Assembly (NCBI GenBank): GCA_040756875.1
Contig: JBFLYH010000001.1
Coordinates: 192,001-256,000, forward strand
Direction of reading: 5' to 3'
Origin: a candidate division FCPU426 bacterium
GTDB taxonomy: Bacteria; Oederibacteriota; JAAXVQ01; JAUVAV01
DNA: 64,000 nucleotides
The notes under the pieces were generated by a model. That model ran no database searches. It saw only the letters and a list, made by a program, of their open reading frames with translations, and was not told the DNA's origin. The translations under genes and the position numbers were made by a program. Numbering within the stretch: the stretch's first letter is position 1; each line of letters begins with the position of its first letter. This document shows positions 35,236 to 44,508 of the stretch, one piece after another.

Positions 35236-37488
35236 ATGAAAAAGCTTCCTCCGCTGATGCTGATGTGCCTCCTGACCCTTCCGGTGTATGCCGGAGCGGC
35301 GGAATACGCCGGGCAAGTTGTGAATGAACTGACCGGCGAACCCCTGCCCAAGGCCAAGGTCGCCAGCCTGTCGGGCGAAAGCGCCCAGACCGACGGGAAC
35401 GGGCGCTTTATCCTGGAATGCGCCAATCCCAACGTGGTCGTGCAAATGCCCGGATTCGAGGAAAAATACTTCATCCTGCGCCCTGGGGAGCCGCTTACCC
35501 TGGCCGTCGGCTTGAAGGGCGTGTACGAGCTCCAAGCCGTGCGGGTCCGCGCCAAACCCGAGGCTAAAAAAGTCCTGGTCTCCAAGCAGAACGTGTCCCA
35601 GGAAGCCATCAAGGAAACCACGACCACGCTTTTCCCGGACGTGGCCCGCGTGGTGCAAGCCCTGCCGGGCGTGACCACCAACAATGACATGTCCGGCCTG
35701 CTTTACGTCCGCGGCGGGGAGCCGAACGAGGTGGTTTCGGTGCTCGACGATATGATCATCCTGGACCCCTACTTGTGGGGCGGCCGGCTGACGGTCTTTA
35801 ATCCCAATCTGGTGGAGAACGTGGAATTCTACGCCGGCGGATACCCGGCTGAAGCCAATCAGGCCCTGTCCGCCCTGCTGCAGGTGAAAAACAGAACCGG
35901 CAATGCCGAAAAGGTTTCGGGGTTCCTCGACCTGTCGGTGGCCACCACCGACGCCGTGATCGAAGGCCCGCTGGGCCTGGCCGAGGGCAGTTCGTTCATC
36001 GTGGGGCTGCGCCGGACCCATTACGATCTCATGGTCAACGCCTCGGCGACCGGCAACGTGGTTTATCCCTTCTTCTATGACGGCCAGGCCAAGCTGACCC
36101 TGCCCCTGGACACCGGGACGCTCAACGTCCAGTCCCTGTTCTCGTATGAAGGCATGAACCTCAACCTTTCCGAGGCCGAGGGCTATGGAGAGGACCATTC
36201 GGAGAACACCCGGTTTCACTATGCCGTCAAGGCCAGCAATACCAGCATCAGCTATGACCATCGCTGGTCAGACCGGCTGAGCCTGCTGACCCTGGTCGGC
36301 CTGGGCTGGCAGGACGGTTTTTTCACGTTCACGGATCCCAACATGCCTTCGGAAAGACAAATCACCCAGTCGATCTGGCAGGTGCGTCAGGTGTGGCAGT
36401 GGGTGCCGGACGAACGCCACCTGGTGAAAGCCGGCTTGTACGCCCTGAGCAGCGTGGTCGACGCCTCGATCAACTCGACCGTGCGGACGCCCACCCTGGC
36501 GGGATACTATGTGGACAAAATCGAGACGCGCTTCGACTTGCGCTGGCCGGTTTTCGCGGGCTTCTTCGCGCAGGATGACATCGAAATCCTGGAGGACGCG
36601 GTTTTCGTCAATCCCGGCGTGAACGGCCAGTATTACTCAGGCAACGGCCAATGGGTGGTTTCGCCGCGCCTGGCAGTGAAATGGAAAATGACGCCGGAGT
36701 GGGAATGGCACCTGGCCACGGGGCTGTACGCGCAGCACCCCCTGCAGGCCCAACTGCTGGATAAAACCTACGGCAACCCCGGGCTCCAGGCCGAAGAAGC
36801 GGTCCATTACATTTTCGGGTGCCAGCTCGACCTGGCCCACGGGTTCCATGTCCAGGCAGAAGCCTTTTACAAGGACTACTTCCGGCTGGTGGTCGGCGAT
36901 CCCGATCCGGCCATCCGCTATACCAACGCCGGTTCGGGCAAAGCGTACGGCCTGGACCTGATGGTCCAGAAAAAACTCGGCGACCAATGGGACGGCTGGC
37001 TGACCTACAGCTACGTGGACTCGGAGCGGTACATTCGCGACCGGAGCCGGGCCGAGGATTTCGGACAGAATCCGGACCTGGAGCCAATCCGCACCTGGTA
37101 CACGTCGCCGAGCGAACGCCCTCATACCCTGAATTTGATCTTCAACTACGAATTCGCCAGGCAATGGAAGCTCGCCCTGTCCCAGAAATACCTGGCCGGA
37201 ACGCCCGAAACGCCGGTGGCCGGCGCGGCCTATGTCGCGGCGATCGACGAGTATGTCCCCCGCTACGGCGCTTTCCAAAGCGAACGCCTGCCTGCGTACC
37301 TTTCCACGGATGTCAAAGTCAGCATGCCGTTCTTCGGCCTGAACGGCTGGAGCGCCTATGTGCAAGTCACCAACCTGTTCGACGCCAAAAACGTGGACCA
37401 TTATTATTACAACGATGATTACAGCCGGCGCAAAGCCATGTACCAGTTGCCGCGTATGTTCATGGGCGGCATCCGTTGGGATTTTTAA
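35236..37488 (+). CDS. TonB-dependent outer-membrane receptor with N-terminal carboxypeptidase-regulatory-like extension
   Basis: Signal peptide; ALPGV...LYVRGG plug; SPRL, TNLFDAKN and terminal GIRWDF. Confidence 0.9.
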   Translation: MKKLPPLMLMCLLTLPVYAGAAEYAGQVVNELTGEPLPKAKVASLSGESAQTDGNGRFILECANPNVVVQMPGFEEKYFILRPGEPLTLAVGLKGVYELQAVRVRAKPEAKKVLVSKQNVSQEAIKETTTTLFPDVARVVQALPGVTTNNDMSGLLYVRGGEPNEVVSVLDDMIILDPYLWGGRLTVFNPNLVENVEFYAGGYPAEANQALSALLQVKNRTGNAEKVSGFLDLSVATTDAVIEGPLGLAEGSSFIVGLRRTHYDLMVNASATGNVVYPFFYDGQAKLTLPLDTGTLNVQSLFSYEGMNLNLSEAEGYGEDHSENTRFHYAVKASNTSISYDHRWSDRLSLLTLVGLGWQDGFFTFTDPNMPSERQITQSIWQVRQVWQWVPDERHLVKAGLYALSSVVDASINSTVRTPTLAGYYVDKIETRFDLRWPVFAGFFAQDDIEILEDAVFVNPGVNGQYYSGNGQWVVSPRLAVKWKMTPEWEWHLATGLYAQHPLQAQLLDKTYGNPGLQAEEAVHYIFGCQLDLAHGFHVQAEAFYKDYFRLVVGDPDPAIRYTNAGSGKAYGLDLMVQKKLGDQWDGWLTYSYVDSERYIRDRSRAEDFGQNPDLEPIRTWYTSPSERPHTLNLIFNYEFARQWKLALSQKYLAGTPETPVAGAAYVAAIDEYVPRYGAFQSERLPAYLSTDVKVSMPFFGLNGWSAYVQVTNLFDAKNVDHYYYNDDYSRRKAMYQLPRMFMGGIRWDF

Positions 37489-37495
37489 ACGGGGA

Positions 37496-38410
37496 TCAAA
37501 CCTGGAAAAGCGCCCGGAAGGGCAGGTAGAAGTCGGCGGTTTCCGGCAGGGCGCCCGGCTGTCCGCAGACCGCCGCGGCCAGGCTGCTCGCCGCCTCCAG
37601 CAGGCGGGGCGCATCCCAGCCGCTGAGCCAGCCCAGGGCCAGGCAGGCTGAAAAGGCGTCGCCCGCGCCCACTGGGTCCACGGCCGGCGGGGCGGAGAGA
37701 CGGTGTTCAGTCAGCCGGCCGTCCTGCCACCAGTAGCTGCCTTTTTCCGCCAAGGTCAGGCAAACGGCTCCGATGGAAAATCCTCCGGCCAGAGCCGCCA
37801 GCCGGGCCTCCTGGGAACCCGCCAGCCCGAAGTCCTCAGATACCTGATCCAATTCCTCGTGATTAAGCTTGAGCAGTTCGCAGGTGCGCAGGCAGTATTC
37901 CACGGTCTCCCGGGTGAACTTGCCCGGCCGCAAGTTCAAATCGCAAAATTTGGGGGCCGGGCATTCGGCCAGCAAGCGGCGCAGGGTGCTGCGGCTGTGC
38001 GGCCCGTGCTGGAGAGTGGTGCCGAAGTAAAGCAGGTCGTACTCCGCCAGGGTCCGGGGCGGGAGCGGCGGGAAATCCAGGAACTCGGAAGCCACGTTCG
38101 TGGGGATGTCGTACCGGGGCTGGTTGTTTTCATCCCGGCGCACGATGACGGTTTTGGTGCGGCGGACGGGGTCCACCTGCAGCAGACGGGAAGGGAAGCC
38201 CCGGCGGTCGAGCTCAGCGCGGATGAACCGGCCCGGTTCGTCCGCGCCGATGCGGGCCGCGAAGTCCACGCCTCCGGCCTGCAGGCAGTGGACGTGATAG
38301 GCGAAGTTGAACTCCGCCCCGCCCAGATAGCGCTTCTCGCCCGCTTCCGGCGAGGCGGGATAAATATCCAGCAATACGCTTCCGGGCACCAGGATTTTAA
38401 ACAGAGGCAT
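37496..38410 (-). CDS. PfkB family carbohydrate kinase (fructokinase-like)
   Basis: LGGAEFN, DLNLRP, KLNHEE and DPVGAGDAF. Confidence 0.9.
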   Translation of the reverse strand: MPLFKILVPGSVLLDIYPASPEAGEKRYLGGAEFNFAYHVHCLQAGGVDFAARIGADEPGRFIRAELDRRGFPSRLLQVDPVRRTKTVIVRRDENNQPRYDIPTNVASEFLDFPPLPPRTLAEYDLLYFGTTLQHGPHSRSTLRRLLAECPAPKFCDLNLRPGKFTRETVEYCLRTCELLKLNHEELDQVSEDFGLAGSQEARLAALAGGFSIGAVCLTLAEKGSYWWQDGRLTEHRLSAPPAVDPVGAGDAFSACLALGWLSGWDAPRLLEAASSLAAAVCGQPGALPETADFYLPFRALFQV

Positions 38411-38419
38411 GGAGGCGGG

Positions 38420-39382
38420 TCAGAAAAGCTTCAACGCCAGCCCCACGCTGACCGTGAAGAAGTGCAGCCAGTTTTTCACATAGCCGTCGCTCACAGCCTG
38501 GTCGCCTCGGTTGGTCCCCACCGCGCCGCCGCCCAGATAGCGGAGATTGATGAACGCCTCCTGGTCGTTTTCCAGGTCCAGGCCCAGCCGCAGGCTGGCG
38601 TCCAGCAGGGCGCCGGTAATTTCCTCGTCGCTGCCGTTGAGATAGCTGACCGGGGCGTAGATGCCGTCCGCCTCCGCGCCCAGCCACCACTTGCCCGCCC
38701 AGGGCTGACGCCAGCGGAATTTCAGCAGCGGGACCGGCCCCACGTCCGCCTTGCGGGCGAGCAGCGTTCCGTCCAGGCTGGAAAACACGATGTCCGCGTT
38801 GCGGACCTGGAGGGAAAAGCCAAGGGCGAGCTCCTGCTCGGAGTCCGGATCGAAGTCGTAAAGATAGCTGGCGCGGTAAAAGGGGAATCCGTAAAAAAAG
38901 CGCATGGCGGTTCCGGCCGGGAAAAGGGTGTTGTCCACGCGCAGGTCGTGACGCAGCGTATCGCGGGTTTCAAGCTCCAGCGGCTGATAGAGCAGGATGA
39001 AGGTGCTGATCTCGTTCACCGCGGCTTCGACGCTGAAGCGCGTGGTTGCAAACAGCAGGTCCTGGCCGCCGTCGCGCTGGTAGCGGAACTCGGTGCCGTT
39101 TTTGCCGAATTGGATGAGATGGTCGGCCACGCCGAGAAAGCCGATTTCCACGGCCAGGCGCAGGCAGGGATATTCCATGCCCGGCAGTTCGGAAACCAGG
39201 GAAGGCGGGGCCACTGCCACGGAGGCGCGGCTGTCCTGGCTTGGACGCTGGGGCGGATCGCACTCCGCCTCGTCTTCCAGGCTTTCGTCGTCAACCGGCA
39301 TCGCGGCCCGGGACAGGGCCGGCGCTCCGGAGAGCAAGGAAACCAATATAACCAACAACAGCATAGGACGGATCACGGGCAT
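38420..39382 (-). CDS. Putative outer-membrane beta-barrel protein
   Basis: Signal peptide, alternating amphipathic strands, C-terminal ...VGLALKLF; GAGGAG SD. Confidence 0.65.
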   Translation of the reverse strand: MPVIRPMLLLVILVSLLSGAPALSRAAMPVDDESLEDEAECDPPQRPSQDSRASVAVAPPSLVSELPGMEYPCLRLAVEIGFLGVADHLIQFGKNGTEFRYQRDGGQDLLFATTRFSVEAAVNEISTFILLYQPLELETRDTLRHDLRVDNTLFPAGTAMRFFYGFPFYRASYLYDFDPDSEQELALGFSLQVRNADIVFSSLDGTLLARKADVGPVPLLKFRWRQPWAGKWWLGAEADGIYAPVSYLNGSDEEITGALLDASLRLGLDLENDQEAFINLRYLGGGAVGTNRGDQAVSDGYVKNWLHFFTVSVGLALKLF

Positions 39383-39477
39383 GGGACTGCGCTCCTCGGG
39401 AAAAAGGGATGAAAGAACGGCCAACAGTATAGCCGAAAAAGCGCGCAGGGGAAGCAAAATGATTAGGAGGCGCAGGG

Positions 39478-40608
39478 TCAGCGCCAGGTGGGGACCAGGT
39501 TGTCGTAGTAGCTCTTGGTGAGATTGCGGGCATTGGTTCCGTCGGCGTCCATGACAAAGATATTCCAGGCCCCTTCCCACTGGGCAATGTAGGCGATCAT
39601 GGTGCCGTCTGGAGAATAGACCGGATCGTCGCGGTCAAGATCATCCTTGGTCAGGCGCTGGTACCTGGAATTAAGAAGATCAAAGATGAAAAGTTGGCGT
39701 GTACGGGGCGAAAAAAAGTCCGAGGTGAAAATCAAATACCGTCCGCTGGGGCAAAAAACCGGGTCTTCGTGGTTGGTCAGTTCGCCGGATTGGATGAGCA
39801 TCTCGATTTTATGCGTGAACAAATCCATGACGTGCACTTGATGGATATTGTTGACTTCGGTTTCGTAAGCAATGCGGTCGCCGCCGGGCGAGAAGCTGTA
39901 GGCGTGGTTGACCCCCTGGGTGGAGGTGAGCATTTTAATTCCCGTTCCATCGGCGTTGATCATGCCGAGCTGCTGGCGATTGCCGTCCACCTGGGTGAAA
40001 ACGATTTTAGTATCGTCCGGACTCCAAATCGGGTTGGTCTTGTCACCCGGCCCCTGGGTGAGCTGGTCGGTCTGCCCGGTGTCCAGATGCAGCAGATAGA
40101 TTTGGAAAATACCTCCGTTGCGGTTCGAGGTGAATGCGAGGTGTTTGCCGTCGTAAGCGAAATGCGGATCCCGGTCGAACGCCTGGGTATTGGTCAGACG
40201 CACCAGGTTGTTTCCGTTTGCATCCATCATATAGAGCTGGTAGTAACGGCCGCCGCCACGGGTGGAAGCGAAGGCGATCTGGCGGAAACCGCCGCCCGGC
40301 GGCGTGGGCGCAGGCGTGACCGTTACCGTGGGGGTGGGCTGCACCGGGAAAGAAGGCCGCTCCTGGATATAGAGTTCCTTGGGTTTGGCCGCGGCCAATT
40401 GCGCCGGCTTGGCCGGACCCGCGTGTTTGGAGCCGAAGTCCGGAACCGGCGTGGCTTCCGCCACTTTCGGCTTGTAGGGCTGATAGCACGGGCCGACCAT
40501 GACCATCATCAGCAAAAGCAAAAACGACAAGACGAGCAGCGCTTGCAGCGAGAACCCGTCGTCATTGTTGAGGTCAATGAGTTTTTTGATGCGTTCAAGC
40601 AGGTTCAC
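39478..40608 (-). CDS. TolB-like (PD40 repeat) beta-propeller membrane protein
   Basis: Repeated P-x-W/F-SPDG..IAF units; N-terminal TM and Pro/Thr linker. Confidence 0.85.
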   Translation of the reverse strand: MNLLERIKKLIDLNNDDGFSLQALLVLSFLLLLMMVMVGPCYQPYKPKVAEATPVPDFGSKHAGPAKPAQLAAAKPKELYIQERPSFPVQPTPTVTVTPAPTPPGGGFRQIAFASTRGGGRYYQLYMMDANGNNLVRLTNTQAFDRDPHFAYDGKHLAFTSNRNGGIFQIYLLHLDTGQTDQLTQGPGDKTNPIWSPDDTKIVFTQVDGNRQQLGMINADGTGIKMLTSTQGVNHAYSFSPGGDRIAYETEVNNIHQVHVMDLFTHKIEMLIQSGELTNHEDPVFCPSGRYLIFTSDFFSPRTRQLFIFDLLNSRYQRLTKDDLDRDDPVYSPDGTMIAYIAQWEGAWNIFVMDADGTNARNLTKSYYDNLVPTWR

Positions 40609-40652
40609 GATCGCTTCCCAGGTGGAGAAGGGTTGGCTGGCAGTCAGCCTGA

Positions 40653-40792
40653 GAGTGGAGTGCCCCCCGGGCTAAAGTTCCCCTGCGGGGACTGTTGCCC
40701 GGGGCTCCCTCCCTACGCAAACAAATCCCGCAAACTTCTCCCCGGCCAACGGTCCCTATGGGAGCAAAAGCCCGGGGATTCTTGCGGAGGGA
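40653..40792. repeat. Palindromic miniature element, family B copy 1 (intergenic)
   Basis: Reverse complement matches 54361-54462 (TCCCTCCGCA.GAATCCCCGGGCTT...GGGGGGCACTCCACTC), with extra sequence in both hairpin loops. Confidence 0.8.
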
Positions 40793-40990
40793 TAAAATAT
40801 TGGACCAGATCATAACATGAACGGTTCGATAAAAATCCAAATATTCGACCAAATCAATGGGGAAACCGGGCTCGGAAGGCCTTTTACAGCAACCCTCTTT
40901 TCGGAGTACGCGGGTTCATCCCCGGACCTAAAAGTAAGGGCCAGGGTCAAAATAGTAAGGAAACCGAATAAGACAGGAGCTGTGATCATC

Positions 40991-42091
40991 ATGAGACCGT
41001 TGTTGGCGGCGATATTCATGGGAATTTGGTTCCTGGCGGGAATAGGAGGAGATCCAGCCATGGCTAAAACAGACCAGCAATGGGAGACAGCCATAGTAGC
41101 GGGCGGTTGCTTCTGGTGCTTGCAGGGTCCGTTCGAAGCACTGCCTGGTGTTAAAAAAGTCACGGTGGGATATACGGGCGGACACAAGGATCGTCCCACG
41201 TACGAGGAGGTTAGCACGGGCCGGACCGGGCACTATGAAGCCGTCAAGGCGGAATTCGACCCGGCGCAAATTTCCTATGAACGAATTCTCGAGGCTTTTT
41301 GGCGGCAAATCGATCCCACGGACCCGAACGGCCAGTTCGTGGACCAAGGCAGCCAGTATCGTACCGCCGTTTTTTACCTCACTGAGGAGCAAAAACGCGT
41401 TGCCGAGGCATCGCGGAAAACCTTGGCGCAAAGCCGCCGCTTTGCCAGCCCGATCGCGACGGAAATCAAGCCCGCGGCCGCGTTCTGGCCGGCTGAAGAG
41501 CATCATCAGGGATATTACCGCACTTGCCAGGTGCAGTATGAGTTCTACCGTTCGCATTCAGGGCGTGATTCATTTATCTCCAAATTCTGGGGGCCCAAGG
41601 CCGTGTCGCCTCATCCGGAACCCGCGAAGCAGGAGTACCCAAAACCGCCGGATGCGGAATTGCGCAAGAAATTGACGCCTCAGCAATATGAAGTGACCCA
41701 GGCCTGCGGCACGGAACCCGCTTTCCTCAACGCCTACTGGGACAATCACCGGGAAGGCCTGTACGTGGATGTGGTGAGCGGCGAGCCGTTGTTCAGTTCC
41801 CGCGACAAGTTCAATTCCGGAACCGGCTGGCCGAGCTTCACCAAACCCCTGACCTCCGGGAGCGTGGTGGAAAAAAAGGACGCCAGCCACGGTCTGGAAA
41901 GGACCGAGGTGCGCAGCCGCCAGGCTGACTCCCACCTCGGGCACGTGTTTGCAGACGGACCCGGGCCGGACGGCCTGAGGTATTGCATCAACTCCGCGGC
42001 CCTGCGCTTTATCCCCAAGGAGAACCTGGCCCAGGAGGGCTACGGCGAATATCTCCGGCTTTTCAACGGACCCAGCAAGACCGCGAAGTGA
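40991..42091 (+). CDS. msrAB: Exported bifunctional peptide methionine sulfoxide reductase MsrA/MsrB
   Basis: Signal peptide; GGCFWC, GTGWPSF, HLGHVF and RYCINSAAL. Confidence 0.93.
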   Translation: MRPLLAAIFMGIWFLAGIGGDPAMAKTDQQWETAIVAGGCFWCLQGPFEALPGVKKVTVGYTGGHKDRPTYEEVSTGRTGHYEAVKAEFDPAQISYERILEAFWRQIDPTDPNGQFVDQGSQYRTAVFYLTEEQKRVAEASRKTLAQSRRFASPIATEIKPAAAFWPAEEHHQGYYRTCQVQYEFYRSHSGRDSFISKFWGPKAVSPHPEPAKQEYPKPPDAELRKKLTPQQYEVTQACGTEPAFLNAYWDNHREGLYVDVVSGEPLFSSRDKFNSGTGWPSFTKPLTSGSVVEKKDASHGLERTEVRSRQADSHLGHVFADGPGPDGLRYCINSAALRFIPKENLAQEGYGEYLRLFNGPSKTAK

Positions 42092-42123
42092 AAGCTCCCG
42101 CAGCCGAAGCCCGCAGGGCAGGC

Positions 42124-42340
42124 TTGACAATCGCTATGGCCTGTGCTAAATTTCATCCAGCTTCATTTTGAGAAAGGAAGTTGCATCCATGCAGCGAGCT
42201 GGCATGACCCACACTGCTCCCGCAGATCTGCGCCTCGTCGGCGTAGCGGTAGTCGTGCGCGTCGTAGACGCCAGCGCGCTGTAGCGGGACCGCTTAGAGC
42301 CGACCCCCCGCTGGCGCGAGCCGGCGGGGGGTTTTTATTT
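42124..42340 (+). promoter_or_regulatory. ilvBN promoter and transcription attenuator
   Basis: TTGACA at 42124 with TAAATT 17 bp downstream; leader ORF; GC hairpin ACCCCCCGCTGGC...GCCGGCGGGGGGT followed by a T tract (42303-42340). Confidence 0.8.
42204..42284 (+). CDS. Val/Leu-rich leader peptide of ilvBN
   Basis: My translation: MTHTAPADLRLVGVAVVVRVVDASAL*. An in-frame ATG at 42189 follows an AAAGGA SD and is an alternative start. Confidence 0.75.
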   Translation: MTHTAPADLRLVGVAVVVRVVDASAL

Positions 42341-42397
42341 TCCCGCCAGAACCGGCCGCAGCCAGCAGGGCATTTCATCCTCAAGGAGGAAACTGCC

Positions 42398-44086
42398 ATG
42401 CCCAAGCTGACCGGAGCCCACCTGATCGTCAAATTGCTCGAAAGACAGGGAATCCGCGTAATCGCGGGAATTCCCGGAGGATCCAACCTGCCGCTGTACG
42501 ACGCGCTGTCCGCCAGCCGCCTGATCCGTCACGTGCTGGCGCGCCACGAACAGGGCGCGGGCTTTATGGCCCAGGGCATGGCGCGCGTGACCGGACGGGC
42601 CCAGGTGTGTTTTGCCACTTCGGGCCCGGGAGCGACCAACATCCTGACCGCCATTGCGGACGCCAAGCTGGATTCGGTGCCCGTGGTGTGCATCACCGGC
42701 CAGGTGCCGGGCAGCCTGATCGGCACGGACGCCTTTCAGGAGGTGGACACCTACGGCATGACCATCCCCATCACCAAGCACAATTTCCTGGTGCGCAGCG
42801 CGGAGGAACTGCTGTCCACGGTTCCCGAGGCGTTCCGGATCGCGGCCAGCGGCCGGCCCGGCCCGGTGCTGATCGACGTGCCCAAGGATGTGCAGCAGCA
42901 AACCGTCAACGTGGACCGCTGGCCAGGACCCGGCCGGCCCGATCCGCCGCCCCGGATCCCCGGGCCGGCGCTGAAGCGCATCGCGGACCTGATCAATGCC
43001 GCCCAGCGGCCGATTTTGTACCTGGGCGGCGGTGTGATCAGCGCCAACGCCGGTCCGGCGGCCGCACGCGTGGCGGAAAAAGCGGGCCTGCCCGTGGTGG
43101 GCACGCTCCTGGCCCTGGGCGCGCTGCCGGACGGGCATCCGCGCTTCCTGGGCATGCTGGGCATGCACGGCAGCCGCCACGTCAACCTGGCGCTGGAAGA
43201 ATGCGATCTGCTCGTTGCTGTGGGCGCGCGTTTCGACGACCGCGCCACGGGCAAGGCGTCCGAATTCTGTCCTCAGGCCAGGATCATCCATATCGACATT
43301 GATGACAGTGAGGTGGGGAAGGTCAAGCAGCCGGCGGCCGCGTTGGTCGCGAATGCAAAATCAGCCTTGGAAGCGCTCCTGGCCGGCCTCCGGAAAAATC
43401 CCCGGGCCGCTTGGCAGGAAAAAATCAGGGCCCTCAGGGCCGCCCACCCGCCGCAGCTCCCGGGGCTCGGCGATCCGGCCGCACCGTACGGGCTGATCCG
43501 CCTGGCGGGCGAAGCGCTGGGGCCTGACGCCATCGTGGCCACGGACGTGGGGCAGCACCAGATGTGGACCGCCCAGGCGTATCCCATCCGGCGGCCCAGG
43601 CACTGGCTCACTTCCGGCGGCTTGGGCACCATGGGCTTCGGCCTGCCGGCTGCCATCGGCGCGGCCCTGGCTGAACCGGATAAAACCGTGGCGCTCTTTA
43701 CGGGCGACGGCAGCCTGCTGATGAACATCCAGGAAATGGCCACCCTGGCCGAGGAAAGACTGAACGTGAAGATCATCCTGCTGAACAACCGCGCGCTCGG
43801 GCTGGTGCGGCAACAGCAACACCTGTTCTACGGCCGCCGCATCTTCGCGGCGGATTTCCGCCTGCACGCGGATTTCACGGCGATTGCGCGCGGCTTCGGT
43901 TTGCCGGCCGTGGACCTGGCGCAGAGCGGCGATCCGGCCCGGAGCCTGGCGCAGGCCCTGCGCCGGCCGGGGCCGGTCCTGATCCATGCGCCCATTGACG
44001 CCCGCGAGCAGGTGCTGCCCATGGTGCCGCCCGGCGCAGCCAACCGGAATATGATAGGGGAAGGTGATCGCCATGCGCAGCGATAG
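42398..44086 (+). CDS. ilvB: Acetolactate synthase large subunit
   Basis: RHEQGAGFMA, TSGPGATN, GARFDDRATG, DVGQHQMW and GDGSLLMN. Confidence 0.93.
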   Translation: MPKLTGAHLIVKLLERQGIRVIAGIPGGSNLPLYDALSASRLIRHVLARHEQGAGFMAQGMARVTGRAQVCFATSGPGATNILTAIADAKLDSVPVVCITGQVPGSLIGTDAFQEVDTYGMTIPITKHNFLVRSAEELLSTVPEAFRIAASGRPGPVLIDVPKDVQQQTVNVDRWPGPGRPDPPPRIPGPALKRIADLINAAQRPILYLGGGVISANAGPAAARVAEKAGLPVVGTLLALGALPDGHPRFLGMLGMHGSRHVNLALEECDLLVAVGARFDDRATGKASEFCPQARIIHIDIDDSEVGKVKQPAAALVANAKSALEALLAGLRKNPRAAWQEKIRALRAAHPPQLPGLGDPAAPYGLIRLAGEALGPDAIVATDVGQHQMWTAQAYPIRRPRHWLTSGGLGTMGFGLPAAIGAALAEPDKTVALFTGDGSLLMNIQEMATLAEERLNVKIILLNNRALGLVRQQQHLFYGRRIFAADFRLHADFTAIARGFGLPAVDLAQSGDPARSLAQALRRPGPVLIHAPIDAREQVLPMVPPGAANRNMIGEGDRHAQR

Positions 44087-44372
44087 AACCGGACAGCAGA
44101 GGATCGTGCTCGAACTGACCGTGAACAACCATCCGGGTGTCATGTCGCACGTGAGCGGCCTGTTTGCACGCCGGGCCTACAATGTGGAGGGCATTCTGTG
44201 CCTGCCCGTGGGCAGGGGAACCACGAGCCGCATCTGGCTGCTGGTAGACGAGGAGGAGCGGCTGGAGCAGGTGATCAAGCAGGTGCGGAAGCTGCACGAC
44301 GTGCTGAACGTGCGGCGGCATGGAGCCGGGCACCGCGTGTTCCTGAAACTGGAAAAAGTTTTCAGGGAATGA
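44073..44372 (+). CDS. ilvN: Acetolactate synthase small (ACT) subunit
   Basis: NNHPGVMSHVSGLFARRAYNVEGI; EQVIKQVRKLHDV. Confidence 0.9.
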   Translation: MRSDRTGQQRIVLELTVNNHPGVMSHVSGLFARRAYNVEGILCLPVGRGTTSRIWLLVDEEERLEQVIKQVRKLHDVLNVRRHGAGHRVFLKLEKVFRE

Positions 44373-44394
44373 TACTACGGAGGCAATACATTTC

Positions 44395-44502
44395 ACCACG
44401 AAGACACGAAGGGCCCGAAGGAAAGAATGGTCCGGAGTTAATGAGTTTCAACCCAGTTCCCTTCGTGTCCTTCGTGGTCATTTCTTCGTGCGCTTCGTGG
44501 TC
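44395..44502. repeat. Inverted array of CACGAAG / CTTCGTG short repeats between convergent genes
   Basis: ACCACGAAGACACGAAG on the left; CTTCGTGTCCTTCGTGGT and CTTCGTGCGCTTCGTGGT on the right. Confidence 0.7.
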
Positions 44503-44508
44503 GTCTTT

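Noticed and set aside
33134-40608. Canonical tol-pal operon
   Set aside because: The cluster has TonB and a TBDR rather than TolA and Pal, and the TolB-like gene is separate and on the opposite strand.
40810-40990. Small ORF or N-terminal extension upstream of msrAB
   Set aside because: No recognisable features; the AGGAG SD and signal peptide support ATG 40991 as the start.
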